Source of the DNA: an uncultured Chloroflexota bacterium
Lineage (GTDB): Bacteria; Chloroflexota; Limnocylindria; Limnocylindrales; CSP1-4
Direction of reading: 5' to 3'
Assembly: GCA_903928275.1 (NCBI GenBank)
Contig: CAIYQJ010000206.1
Coordinates: 1 to 33,831 of the forward strand
Length of the DNA: 33,831 nucleotides
Every line of letters starts with the position of its first letter. Position 1 is the first letter of the stretch. The position numbers were made by a program, and so were the translations under genes. The notes under the pieces were generated by a model. That model was not told the origin of the DNA and did not search any database. It saw only the letters and a list, made by a program, of their open reading frames with translations. Of the stretch, positions 7,454 through 16,183 are shown one piece after another.

Positions 7454-9696
7454 GCGCGACGATCATCGGGACGTCGCCGAACCGGGTCGGCGGCATCGGC
7501 CGGGTCACCGGCAGCCAGCAGTACGTCGCGGACCTCCGGCTGGCCGACGTCCTCGAGGCGCGGCTCGTCACCCTCGACTGCGCGCGGGCCCGGATCATCT
7601 CCATCGACGCGAGCGCCGCACTCGCGCTCCCGGGCGTCCGGCTCGTCATGACCGCCGCCGACCTGCCCCAGCCGGTGCCGCGCTTCGGGCCGCAGCTCGA
7701 GGACCGCCCCGTCATCGCCGTCGGCGAGACGAAGTACCACGGCGACCCCGTGGCGATCGTCGCTGCCGAGACGAAGGACGCGGCGGACGCGGCGGCCGCG
7801 CTCGTCCGCGTCGAGTACGAGGAGCTGCCCGCGGTCTTCACGCTCGCGGCGGCGCTCGATCCCGCCGCGCCGCTCGTGCAGGACCCGGCGCTCCGGCCCG
7901 GCGACCGGCTCGCATCGACCAACGTGCTGCGCGAGCACCCCATCGGCTGGGGCGACGTGGATGCCGCGGTGGCGGACGTCGTCGTCGAGCACACGTACAC
8001 CTTCCCGATGGTGACCCACTTCGCGATCGAGCCGCACGCGTACATCGCGGCGCCGGACGGCGACGGCATCGCCGTGTGGAGCACGATCCAGCATCCGAAC
8101 TGGCTCCAGAAGGTGATCGCGAAGGTCCTGGGCATGCCGCTCGCGAAGGTGCGGGTCTTCGCCCCGGATCCCGGCGGCGGCTTCGGCGGCAAGCAGCACG
8201 CCAAGTACGAGCCCCTCGTCGCGCTCGCCGCGATACGGGCCGGTCGCCCGGTGCGCCTCGTCCTCAGTCTCGAAGAGACCTTCCAGGCGGTCCGCCGGGC
8301 ATCGTGCGAGGTCCGGGTCCGGACCGGCGTGAACCGTGACGGCGCCCTCGTCTTCGAGGACATCGCGGCCGACTACCTCATCGGCGCCTACGCGGACATC
8401 GCGGACCGGGTGGTGGGCAAGGGCAGCTACCCGGCCGCCGGGCCGTACACGGTGCCCAACGTCCGGATCCTCGCCCGGAGCGTGCTCTCGCACACGGTGC
8501 CGTCGACCGCGTTCCGCGGCTTCGGCAACCCGCAGGTCAACTGGGCGGTGGAGTCCAACCTCGACGAGGCCGCGCTGGCGATCGGGATGGACCGCCTCGA
8601 GATCCGCCTGCGGAACATCGCGCACAGGGGCGACGCCTTCATCCCGTTCGACACGCCGGCTGACGGCGAATGGTCGCAGACCGTGACGCGCGCGGCCGAG
8701 CTGATCGGCTGGGGTTCGCCGCTGCCGCCGGGCCGCGGCCGCGGGATCGCGCTGGGCATCAAGTCGGGTCCCACAACGGGCCTCTCGTACTCCACGGTCC
8801 GCCTGCTCGGCGACGGGAGCGTCATCGTGTTCGCGGGGACGTCCGACATGGGCCAGGGAGCCCGCACCGTCTTCGCGCAGATCGCCGCGCAGGAGCTGGG
8901 CGCGCCCCTCGACTGGGTCACCGTCGTCATGGGCGACACGGCGATCGTGCCCTACGACCAGCAGACGTCGGCGAGCCGCTCCACGGTCCTCATGGGCAAC
9001 TCGGTGCTCATGGCCTGTCGGTCGATCCAGGCGCAGCTGCGGACGATGGCCGCCCGTCTGCACGCCGTGGACGAGGCGCTGGTCGGGGTGGACCGCGGAG
9101 TCGTGCACCTGCCGGATCGCGACCTCTCCGTCATCGACGTGCTCAAGCCCGGGCTGGGCCGGCTCGGCGGAGAGCTGACCGGCAACGGCGAGGTCCGCAA
9201 GGACGCGGACCCCTCGCATCCACTGTCCGGCGCACCCGCCTTCTTCGAGTTCAACTGCACCGCGATCGAGGCCGAGGTGGACCGCGAGACCGGCGACGTC
9301 ACGATCGTCCGGCACGTCACAGTGTCGGACGTCGGCAGGGCGCTCAACCCGCTCCAGGTCCGCACGCAGGACGAGGGCGCCGCGATCCAGGGCCTCGGGC
9401 ACACGCTCATGGAGCACTACATCTTCGACGAGGTGGGGCGGATCCGGAACCTCGGCGCGATCGACTACCGGATCCCGACGAGCATGGACCTGCCCCTCGA
9501 CCTGGTCAGCGAGACGATCGAGAACGCCGACGGCCCGGGGCCGTACGGCTCAAAGGGCATGAGCGAGGGCGCGCTCCTGTGCGTCGCGGCGGCCGTGGGC
9601 GCTGCGGTCCGCGAAGCGATCAGGGTGCCGATCCGCGACCTTCCACTGACGCCCGAGCGCGTCTGGCGGGCCCTGCAGGAGCGGGAGACCGCGTGA
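7450..9696 (+). CDS. Xanthine dehydrogenase family molybdopterin-binding (large) subunit
   Basis: ATG 7450 overlaps the upstream stop (ATGA); PGGGFGGK, AFRGFG, DMGQG, SASRS, GPYGSKGMSE. Confidence 0.93.
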   Translation: MSATIIGTSPNRVGGIGRVTGSQQYVADLRLADVLEARLVTLDCARARIISIDASAALALPGVRLVMTAADLPQPVPRFGPQLEDRPVIAVGETKYHGDPVAIVAAETKDAADAAAALVRVEYEELPAVFTLAAALDPAAPLVQDPALRPGDRLASTNVLREHPIGWGDVDAAVADVVVEHTYTFPMVTHFAIEPHAYIAAPDGDGIAVWSTIQHPNWLQKVIAKVLGMPLAKVRVFAPDPGGGFGGKQHAKYEPLVALAAIRAGRPVRLVLSLEETFQAVRRASCEVRVRTGVNRDGALVFEDIAADYLIGAYADIADRVVGKGSYPAAGPYTVPNVRILARSVLSHTVPSTAFRGFGNPQVNWAVESNLDEAALAIGMDRLEIRLRNIAHRGDAFIPFDTPADGEWSQTVTRAAELIGWGSPLPPGRGRGIALGIKSGPTTGLSYSTVRLLGDGSVIVFAGTSDMGQGARTVFAQIAAQELGAPLDWVTVVMGDTAIVPYDQQTSASRSTVLMGNSVLMACRSIQAQLRTMAARLHAVDEALVGVDRGVVHLPDRDLSVIDVLKPGLGRLGGELTGNGEVRKDADPSHPLSGAPAFFEFNCTAIEAEVDRETGDVTIVRHVTVSDVGRALNPLQVRTQDEGAAIQGLGHTLMEHYIFDEVGRIRNLGAIDYRIPTSMDLPLDLVSETIENADGPGPYGSKGMSEGALLCVAAAVGAAVREAIRVPIRDLPLTPERVWRALQERETA

Positions 9697-9715
9697 GCCA
9701 CCTGGAGGAGGCGCG

Positions 9716-10606
9716 ATGACCATGCCGTCCGACATCGGGCCGATCGGCGGGCTGCCGCCCGAGCAGGTGGTGCGAGCGGCCGGCCTCGTCCGCACCGGCC
9801 GGATGATCTCCCTGGCCGCCACGCGCTATCCCGGGATGCCGCTGTTCCCCGGCCACCCGCCGTTCCAGGTCCTCAACTACCGGACGCCGCGCGGGATCCG
9901 GGTGGCCGGCGCGCAGCCGTGGGGTCCGATCAACGACGTCTTCCTCGGCTACATGGCCGAGTACGTCATGGCGACGTCGCACTCGGGCGCGCACATGGAT
10001 GCCCTGGCGCACATGACGATCGGCGAGGACATGCACTGGTACGGCGGCGGCAACGCCGACGCGCACCTGTCGGACTTCGGGCCGCTGCACCTGGACGCCT
10101 CCACGATGCCGCCGTTCTTCACGCGGGGCGTCCTGATCGACGCTGCCGGCCACCGCGGCGTGGACTGCCTGCCGGCGGGCTCGCCGATCGACGCCGCCGA
10201 GATGGACGCGATCTGCGCGGCGCAGGGCGTGACGGTCGGGAGATGGGACGTCGTCGTCATCCGCACCGGCTATGCCGGGCTCTACCCGGACGCCGAGCGG
10301 ATGGCCGCGCACAGGACGCCGGGGCCGGACATCTCGGCCGCGCGCTGGCTCCTCGAGCGCGGCGTCGTTGCGACCGGGACCGACACCGAGACCTACGAGG
10401 TCCAACCCGCGCCGGATCCCGGTCCGGAGGGCAACCCGCAGCCCGTGCATGCCGCCCTCCTCATCGAGAACGGCGTCTACGTCATGGAGAGCCTCGACAT
10501 GGAGGAGCTCGCCCGCGAGCGCGCCTACGAGTTCCTGTTCGTGGCCCTCCCCGTGAAGATCCGCGGGGCGACCGGCTCGATGGTCGATCCCGTGGCCGTC
10601 ATCTGA
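9716..10606 (+). CDS. Cyclase family (kynurenine formamidase / isatin hydrolase-like) metal-dependent amidohydrolase
   Basis: HSGAHMDALAH metal motif, RGVLID, IRTG, G.DT, PVH..LL...G.Y.ME, GATGS.V.P; GGAGG RBS. Confidence 0.9.
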   Translation: MTMPSDIGPIGGLPPEQVVRAAGLVRTGRMISLAATRYPGMPLFPGHPPFQVLNYRTPRGIRVAGAQPWGPINDVFLGYMAEYVMATSHSGAHMDALAHMTIGEDMHWYGGGNADAHLSDFGPLHLDASTMPPFFTRGVLIDAAGHRGVDCLPAGSPIDAAEMDAICAAQGVTVGRWDVVVIRTGYAGLYPDAERMAAHRTPGPDISAARWLLERGVVATGTDTETYEVQPAPDPGPEGNPQPVHAALLIENGVYVMESLDMEELARERAYEFLFVALPVKIRGATGSMVDPVAVI

Positions 10607-10709
10607 CCGGCTGGTCACCACCGCGCCCCGACCTCCGGGACAACCAGTCGGCGCCTACCCCGCGTCGCAGGCCCCGCATCGCCATCCATCGCACGCCGAG
10701 GAAGCACAC

Positions 10710-11921
10710 ATGGCCGGTACGATCCTCATCATCGGGACGCTCGACACGAAGGCGGTCGAGTTCGCCTACATCCGCGACCTGATCGCGGCGCGCGGCCACG
10801 CCACGATCCTGCTCGATGCCGGCGTCGATGAGCCGCGGCTGACCCCGGACGTCGGCGCCGCTCGGGTCGCGACGGCGGGCGGGAGCTCGATCGAGGCGCT
10901 CCGCGCGGCCCACGACCGCGCCACCGCCCTCGAGGTCATGTGCGCGGGCGTCCGCGTCGTGGCCATCGAGCTGCTCGCCGAGGGCAGGTTCGACGGCGTG
11001 ATCAGCCTAGGGGGCTCCGGCGGCACCGCGATCGCCACGTCCGCGATGAAGGTGCTGCCGGTCGGCATGCCGAAGGTCATGGTGTCGACCATGGCCTCGG
11101 GCGACGTCTCCGCGTACGTGGACGTGAAGGACATCACGATGATGTACTCCGTCGTCGACGTCGCCGGGCTCAACCGCCTCTCCCGGCGGATCCTTGCGAA
11201 CGCGGCGGGCGCGGTGTGCGGGATGGTCGAGCAGGAGATCCCGCCGGCCGAGGACCACCCGCTCCTGGCCGCCACGATGTTCGGCGTCACGACGCCGTGC
11301 GTCACCCGCGTCCGCGAGACGCTCGAGGCGGCCGGCTACGAGGTCCTCGTCTTCCATGCTGTGGGCAGCGGCGGTCGCGCGATGGAGGCCCTCATCGCCG
11401 ACGGCTTCATCGCCGGCGTCGCGGACGTCACGACGACGGAGTGGTGCGACGAGCTCATCGGGGGCGTCCTGTCCGCCGGGCCGGATCGCCTCGATGCGGC
11501 GGCCCGGGCGGGCATCCCGCAGGTCGTGTCGGTCGGCGCGCTCGACATGGCGAACTTCGGTGCGATCGACACGGTCCCGGTGAAGTTCGCGGACCGCGAG
11601 CTCTACAGGCACAACCCCCAGGTCACCCTGATGCGCACGACACCCGCGGAGAACGCCGAGCTCGGGCGCATCGTCGCGACGAAGCTCAACGCCTCGACCG
11701 GCCCCACCGTGCTCTTCCTGCCGCTGCGGGGCGTGAGCATGATCGACGCCGAAGGGATGCCGTTCTGGTCGCCCGAAGCGGACGCCGCCCTGTTCGACGC
11801 CATCCGGACGACCGTCGATCCGGCCAGGGTCGAGCTCGTGGAGCTCGACATGCACGTCAACGACCCGGCGTTCGCCGACGCGATGACCGATCGCCTTCTG
11901 GCGATGCTGACCGCGCGCTGA
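10710..11921 (+). CDS. Tm-1-like ATP-binding domain protein (UPF0261)
   Basis: [75 protein letters not shown]. Confidence 0.92.
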   Translation: MAGTILIIGTLDTKAVEFAYIRDLIAARGHATILLDAGVDEPRLTPDVGAARVATAGGSSIEALRAAHDRATALEVMCAGVRVVAIELLAEGRFDGVISLGGSGGTAIATSAMKVLPVGMPKVMVSTMASGDVSAYVDVKDITMMYSVVDVAGLNRLSRRILANAAGAVCGMVEQEIPPAEDHPLLAATMFGVTTPCVTRVRETLEAAGYEVLVFHAVGSGGRAMEALIADGFIAGVADVTTTEWCDELIGGVLSAGPDRLDAAARAGIPQVVSVGALDMANFGAIDTVPVKFADRELYRHNPQVTLMRTTPAENAELGRIVATKLNASTGPTVLFLPLRGVSMIDAEGMPFWSPEADAALFDAIRTTVDPARVELVELDMHVNDPAFADAMTDRLLAMLTAR

Positions 11922-11956
11922 TCCACCGTCCTGTCACAGACGAAGGAGATCGAGCC

Positions 11957-12793
11957 ATGCCGTTCATCCCGCGCGCCGAGGTCACCCGGCGGCTCCGCGC
12001 CCAGATCGAGGCAGGCGTCCCGATCGTCGGTTGCGGCGCCGGCACCGGCATCTCGGCCAAGATGGCGGAGGCCGGCGGGGCCGACCTGATGATCATCTAC
12101 AACTCCGGGCGCTATCGGATGGCGGGCCGCGGCTCGCTCGCCGGGCTCCTGGCCTACGGCGACGCCAACGGGATCGTCGTCGAGATGGCCTCCGAGGTGC
12201 TGCCCGTCGTGAAGGACACGCCGGTCCTCGCCGGCATCAACGGGACCGACCCGTTCCGCCTCATGCGGGTCTTCCTCCGCCAGCTCAAGGAGATGGGGTT
12301 CGACGGGGTCCAGAACTTCCCCACCGTCGGCCTCATCGACGGCGACTTCCGGAAGAACATCGAAGCCACCGGGATGGGCTACGACAGGGAGATCGAGGCG
12401 ATCCACATCGCCTCCGAGCTCGACATGTTCTGCTCGCCGTACGTCTTCGACCCCGACCAGGCGACCGAGATGGCCAGGGCCGGTGCGGACCAGCTGGTGG
12501 CCCACGTCGGACTGACGACCGCGGGCTCCATCGGCGCAGGCGTCGCGTTCACCCTCGACCAGGCGATCGACAAGGTGATGGCGATCGCCGAGGCGGGCCG
12601 CAGGGTCCGCAAGGACATGATCGTCATCTGCCACGGCGGTCCGTTCGACGAGCCCGAACAGGTCGGCAAGGCGCTCCTGCGGATGCCCGGCGTGAACGGC
12701 TTCTTCGGCGCGTCGAGCATCGAGCGGCTCCCCACCGAGCGCGCCATCCGCGGCCAGGTCCAGGAGTTCAAGAAGCTCGCCATCGCGCGCTGA
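11957..12793 (+). CDS. Phosphoenolpyruvate-hydrolase-like TIM-barrel protein (homolog of the Tm-1 C-terminal domain)
   Basis: ATG 11957 after an AAGGAG RBS; [64 protein letters not shown]. Confidence 0.92.
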   Translation: MPFIPRAEVTRRLRAQIEAGVPIVGCGAGTGISAKMAEAGGADLMIIYNSGRYRMAGRGSLAGLLAYGDANGIVVEMASEVLPVVKDTPVLAGINGTDPFRLMRVFLRQLKEMGFDGVQNFPTVGLIDGDFRKNIEATGMGYDREIEAIHIASELDMFCSPYVFDPDQATEMARAGADQLVAHVGLTTAGSIGAGVAFTLDQAIDKVMAIAEAGRRVRKDMIVICHGGPFDEPEQVGKALLRMPGVNGFFGASSIERLPTERAIRGQVQEFKKLAIAR

Positions 12794-12920
12794 TGGCGGC
12801 GCGGCGGGGCGGCGTCGTTCGGGCGGCCCGAGTGTTCCGGGTCGTATCCTTCCACTTCGACGCCGTCCCGGCCGCCACCGACCGTCCCCCGCGGCCACGC
12901 CGCTGACTGACAGGACCGCC

Positions 12921-13868
12921 ATGGCCGCACTCTACGTCCCGCCGATCCAGATCCCGGACGGGTTCACGGTCTGGTCCGCAACCGACTGGCACGGGCAGCT
13001 GCGCGCTGCCGACCGGCTCCTCCATGCCGCGGGCCTGACAGACGGCGCGGACCGCTGGACGGCGCCGCCTGCGACGGCGCTCGTCGTGACCGGCGACGTG
13101 GTCGATCGGGGGCCCGACACCGTGGGGCTCGTCCGTCGGCTGGCGTCGCTTCGCGCGCAGGCGACCCTCGCCGGCGGGTGCGTGGCACTCCTGTGGGGCA
13201 ACCACGAGGCCCAGGTCCTCGGCGGTCTCGGCGGCGACGCGCGGATCTTCCGGGCGCTCATGACGTTCGGCGGCGGGGCGACGCTCCTGTCCGTCGGGAT
13301 GCGGCCCGACGAGTGGGAGGGCCGGTCGCCCGCCGCGATCGCCGCCCGGGTGGACGAGCTGGCTCCCGACCTCCTGCCCACGCTGTGGACCTTCGCGCCG
13401 TACGCGCGCTGGCGGGACGTCCTGTTCGTCCACGGGGGTCCGGTCCCCTTCTGTGAGCTCGACCGGTTCGAGCGCAGCGTCGACCGGCTGTGGATCCGCG
13501 ACGCGTTCTTCGCTTCGCCCGACCCCTTCCCGTCGGCCGCCGCGTGGACGTCGTACCGGAAGGCCGGCCTGGGCCAGGTCGTGTTCGGTCACACGCCGGT
13601 GGAGCGGCCCACGTGGAGCCACGCCGGACGCGCGCTCAACCTCGATACGTGGCGTGGCCAGCACGTCACGCTGGCGCGCCTCGGGATGGGGCAGGAGCTC
13701 CGCGAGGCGGTCTTCCTCGCGGAGCCGGCCGAGCCGCGCGCGATGGCCGATGCGCCGGTCACGTCCGAGGAGATCCGCCTGTTCGACACCGACCTCCCGG
13801 CTATCGTCGACGCATGGGTGGCCGGCGAGCGGCGATCCCCGGATGTCCCGGGACACAATGGAACATGA
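12921..13868 (+). CDS. Calcineurin-like metallophosphoesterase (PPP/ApaH-like)
   Basis: DWHG, GDVVDRG, GNHE, VHGG, FGHTP and LDT motifs. Confidence 0.88.
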   Translation: MAALYVPPIQIPDGFTVWSATDWHGQLRAADRLLHAAGLTDGADRWTAPPATALVVTGDVVDRGPDTVGLVRRLASLRAQATLAGGCVALLWGNHEAQVLGGLGGDARIFRALMTFGGGATLLSVGMRPDEWEGRSPAAIAARVDELAPDLLPTLWTFAPYARWRDVLFVHGGPVPFCELDRFERSVDRLWIRDAFFASPDPFPSAAAWTSYRKAGLGQVVFGHTPVERPTWSHAGRALNLDTWRGQHVTLARLGMGQELREAVFLAEPAEPRAMADAPVTSEEIRLFDTDLPAIVDAWVAGERRSPDVPGHNGT

Positions 13869-13878
13869 GGCGAGACGC

Positions 13879-14973
13879 GTGAGCACCACCGATCCGATCA
13901 GTCCCCTGCTCCGGATGACGCGCGAGACGCCCACCGGCTACTGGAACGATTCGTGCGCGGTGGACGAGCTGGCGTACGCGGTCGCGCGCGGCGCGACGGG
14001 CGCGACGTCGAACCCGAGCATCGTCCTCGATGTCATGAAGAGCGAGCGAGCCCACTGGGTCCCGCGTGTCCGCGACCTCGCGGCGGAGAACCCGACATGG
14101 ACCGAGGTGGAGCTCACCTGGGCGATCATCGAGGAGATGGCGGTCCGAGGGGCCGCCGTGCTCGAGCCGGTCTTCGTGGCGAACGGCGGGCGGCGCGGCC
14201 GCCTCTCGCTCCAGACGAACCCGGCGAACCATCGCGACCCCGCCCGGATGGTGGAGCAGGGCGTCCGCTTCGCGGGCCTCGCCCCGAACATGCAGGTGAA
14301 GTTCCCGGCGACCGCGGCGGGCATCGCCGCGATCGAGGAAGCGACCTTCCGCGGCGTGAACATCAACGCGACGGTGAGCTTCACCGTCCCCCAGGCGCTC
14401 GCCGCGGCCGAGGCGGTGGAGCGGGGCCTGGGCCGTCGCGCCGCGGCCGGCGAGGACGTCTCGTCGATGACGCCGATCGTCACGATCATGGTCGGACGGC
14501 TCGACGACTGGATGAAGGTCCTCGTCGAGCGTGATGGCCTCGCCGTCGATCCCGACGCGACGAACTGGGCGGGCATCGCGGCCTTCAAGCGCGCCTACGG
14601 GATCTTCCGCGAGCGCGGCTATCGGTCCCGGCTGCTCGCGGCCGCGTATCGCCATCGCCTCCACTGGACCGAGCTCGTCGGGGGCGAGGTCTCGATGACG
14701 CTCCCCTACGCGTGGCAGGTCCGCTTCAACGCGAGCGGCATCGCGCCGGAGCCGCGGATGGACATCCCGGTGGACCCCGCCTTCCTCGACGACCTCCTGG
14801 AGCGGATCCCGGACTTCCGCCGCGCCTACGAGCCCGCCGGGATGACGCCGGACGAATTCGAGGGCTTCGGGGCGTCGGCGCGCACCCTGCGCGCGTTCAT
14901 CAGGTCCTACCACGACCTCCAGGCCGCCATCCGCGACATCTCCCTGCCCGACCCTGACGCGCGGCCCGCCTGA
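13879..14973 (+). CDS. Transaldolase-family protein, paralog 2, 364 aa
   Basis: GTG 13879 (alternative ATG 13858); WNDS, GATSNP, QVKFP, NINATVSFT, GRLDDW; colinear with paralog 1. Confidence 0.9.
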   Translation: MSTTDPISPLLRMTRETPTGYWNDSCAVDELAYAVARGATGATSNPSIVLDVMKSERAHWVPRVRDLAAENPTWTEVELTWAIIEEMAVRGAAVLEPVFVANGGRRGRLSLQTNPANHRDPARMVEQGVRFAGLAPNMQVKFPATAAGIAAIEEATFRGVNINATVSFTVPQALAAAEAVERGLGRRAAAGEDVSSMTPIVTIMVGRLDDWMKVLVERDGLAVDPDATNWAGIAAFKRAYGIFRERGYRSRLLAAAYRHRLHWTELVGGEVSMTLPYAWQVRFNASGIAPEPRMDIPVDPAFLDDLLERIPDFRRAYEPAGMTPDEFEGFGASARTLRAFIRSYHDLQAAIRDISLPDPDARPA

Positions 14974-14978
14974 CGCGC

Positions 14979-15007
14979 GGTCCGCTTCCGTGACTGGTCC
15001 GCTTCCG
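14979..15007. repeat. 12-bp direct repeat GGTCCGCTTCCG x2 between convergent genes
   Basis: Copies at 14979-14990 and 14996-15007, each preceded by TGAC within 1-4 nt. Confidence 0.7.
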
Positions 15008-15008
15008 C

Positions 15009-16166
15009 CTACCGCAGCGCCGCGCGCATCGCGAGGATGTTCGCGGCGGGGACGTTCGGCTGGATGTTGTGGACCGCGGCGAAGACGAAACCGCCGCCGG
15101 GGGCGAGGTCGCGGGCCCGCCGGCCCACCTCGGCCCGGACCTCGGACGGGCTGCCCGAGCCGAGCACGCGCTGCGTGTCGACGCCGCCTCCCCAGAAGAC
15201 GATGTCGCGCCCGAACTCGCGCTTGAGCTCCGCGGTGTCCATGCCCGCAGCCGAGACCTGGACCGGGTTGAGGATGTCCACGCCGATCTCGATGAGGTCC
15301 GGGATCAGCTCCCGCACGGCACCGCACGTGTGGAAGAACACCTTCGCGTCCGTGTGCGCGTGAAGGTAGGCGAACAGCTCGCGATGGAGGGGCTTCACGA
15401 GCTCGCGGTAGGTCGCCGGCGCGAAGAGCGTCCGGTCCTGGCCGCCGAGGTCATCGGCCTCGCCCACCACGTCCACGCTACCGTCGACGAGGGGCAGCAC
15501 CCGGGACCAGTAGGCGAGCTTCACCTCGAGGATCCGCTCCATGATCCGGCGCGCGAGGGAGGGATCTGCGGCGAGGTCCATGTACCCGTCCTCGAACCCG
15601 CGGAGCTTGAACAGCCCTTCGGTGAGGCCGCCGGAGATCGACCCGACCTGGACGGCCCGGCCCTCCTCCTCGACGTATCGGCGCGCCTCCTCGCCCATCC
15701 CGGCGAACCTCGCAGGATCGGCCGCGTCCGGCCAGGCGTACGCGTCCACCGCCGCGAGGTCGATGGTGCCGCCGAGCGGTGGCGCGAAGCTGTCGTAGTA
15801 GAGACCCGACTCGAGCGGCATCCGCCGTCCCACGCCCCACTCGTCCACGAACGTCCGGTACGCCGCGTCCTCGTGGAACACCCGGTGGTAGGTCGAGGCG
15901 CCGCGGGGTGCCACGTAGCGGACGTCGGCTCCGAGAGCATCGAGGACGTCGAGCTCCACGTCCGCGAGCTGCTGGGTGATGTCCACCACGCGCGGCTCGC
16001 GTGGCTCCAGGCCGAGCGCGTCCCGCAGGCGCGCGTATGCGCGGACGTGGATCCCGGTGACGCGGGTCCCGCCGAGGTCGAACGGGATCCGATCCGGCTC
16101 GCGATGCGAGATCGTCGCGCGGACACGATCGCGCGACGCGCGCGGGACCACGGGCACGTGCTCCAC
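15009..16166 (-). CDS. Uroporphyrinogen decarboxylase / MtaA-CmuA methyltransferase superfamily protein
   Basis: SRDRV...HREPDRIPFDLG, DEWG, DDLGGQ, FFHTCG, D.LNPVQ, FWGGGVDTQ, PGGGFVFAAVHNIQ. Start uncertain (GTG 16166, 16157 or 16151). Confidence 0.85.
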   Translation of the reverse strand: MEHVPVVPRASRDRVRATISHREPDRIPFDLGGTRVTGIHVRAYARLRDALGLEPREPRVVDITQQLADVELDVLDALGADVRYVAPRGASTYHRVFHEDAAYRTFVDEWGVGRRMPLESGLYYDSFAPPLGGTIDLAAVDAYAWPDAADPARFAGMGEEARRYVEEEGRAVQVGSISGGLTEGLFKLRGFEDGYMDLAADPSLARRIMERILEVKLAYWSRVLPLVDGSVDVVGEADDLGGQDRTLFAPATYRELVKPLHRELFAYLHAHTDAKVFFHTCGAVRELIPDLIEIGVDILNPVQVSAAGMDTAELKREFGRDIVFWGGGVDTQRVLGSGSPSEVRAEVGRRARDLAPGGGFVFAAVHNIQPNVPAANILAMRAALR

Positions 16167-16183
16167 GGGTGCGGCGCCGGGGG

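Noticed and set aside
2246-9417. Very long antisense or alternate-frame ORFs (e.g. 2246-4429, 7396-9417; also 13801-15327, 20516-23263 and the first ~700 aa of 17041-20139)
   Set aside because: These are shadow ORFs expected in high-GC DNA with strong third-position bias. They are Arg/Gly/Pro-rich or mirror real genes, and have no motifs or RBS.
7450-9696. Aerobic CO dehydrogenase (coxMSL) call based on gene order
   Set aside because: The active-site loop is AFRGFG, not AYxCSFR (form I) or AYxGAGR (form II), and there are no coxDEFG genes.
10710-12793. Anti-phage defence role by analogy to plant Tm-1
   Set aside because: There are no defence or mobile genes nearby. The pair is embedded in a metabolic operon, so nothing in this window supports a defence role.
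15009-16166. hemE (heme biosynthesis)
   Set aside because: It lacks the HemE RQAGRY motif, has an HxC motif instead, and no hem genes are nearby.
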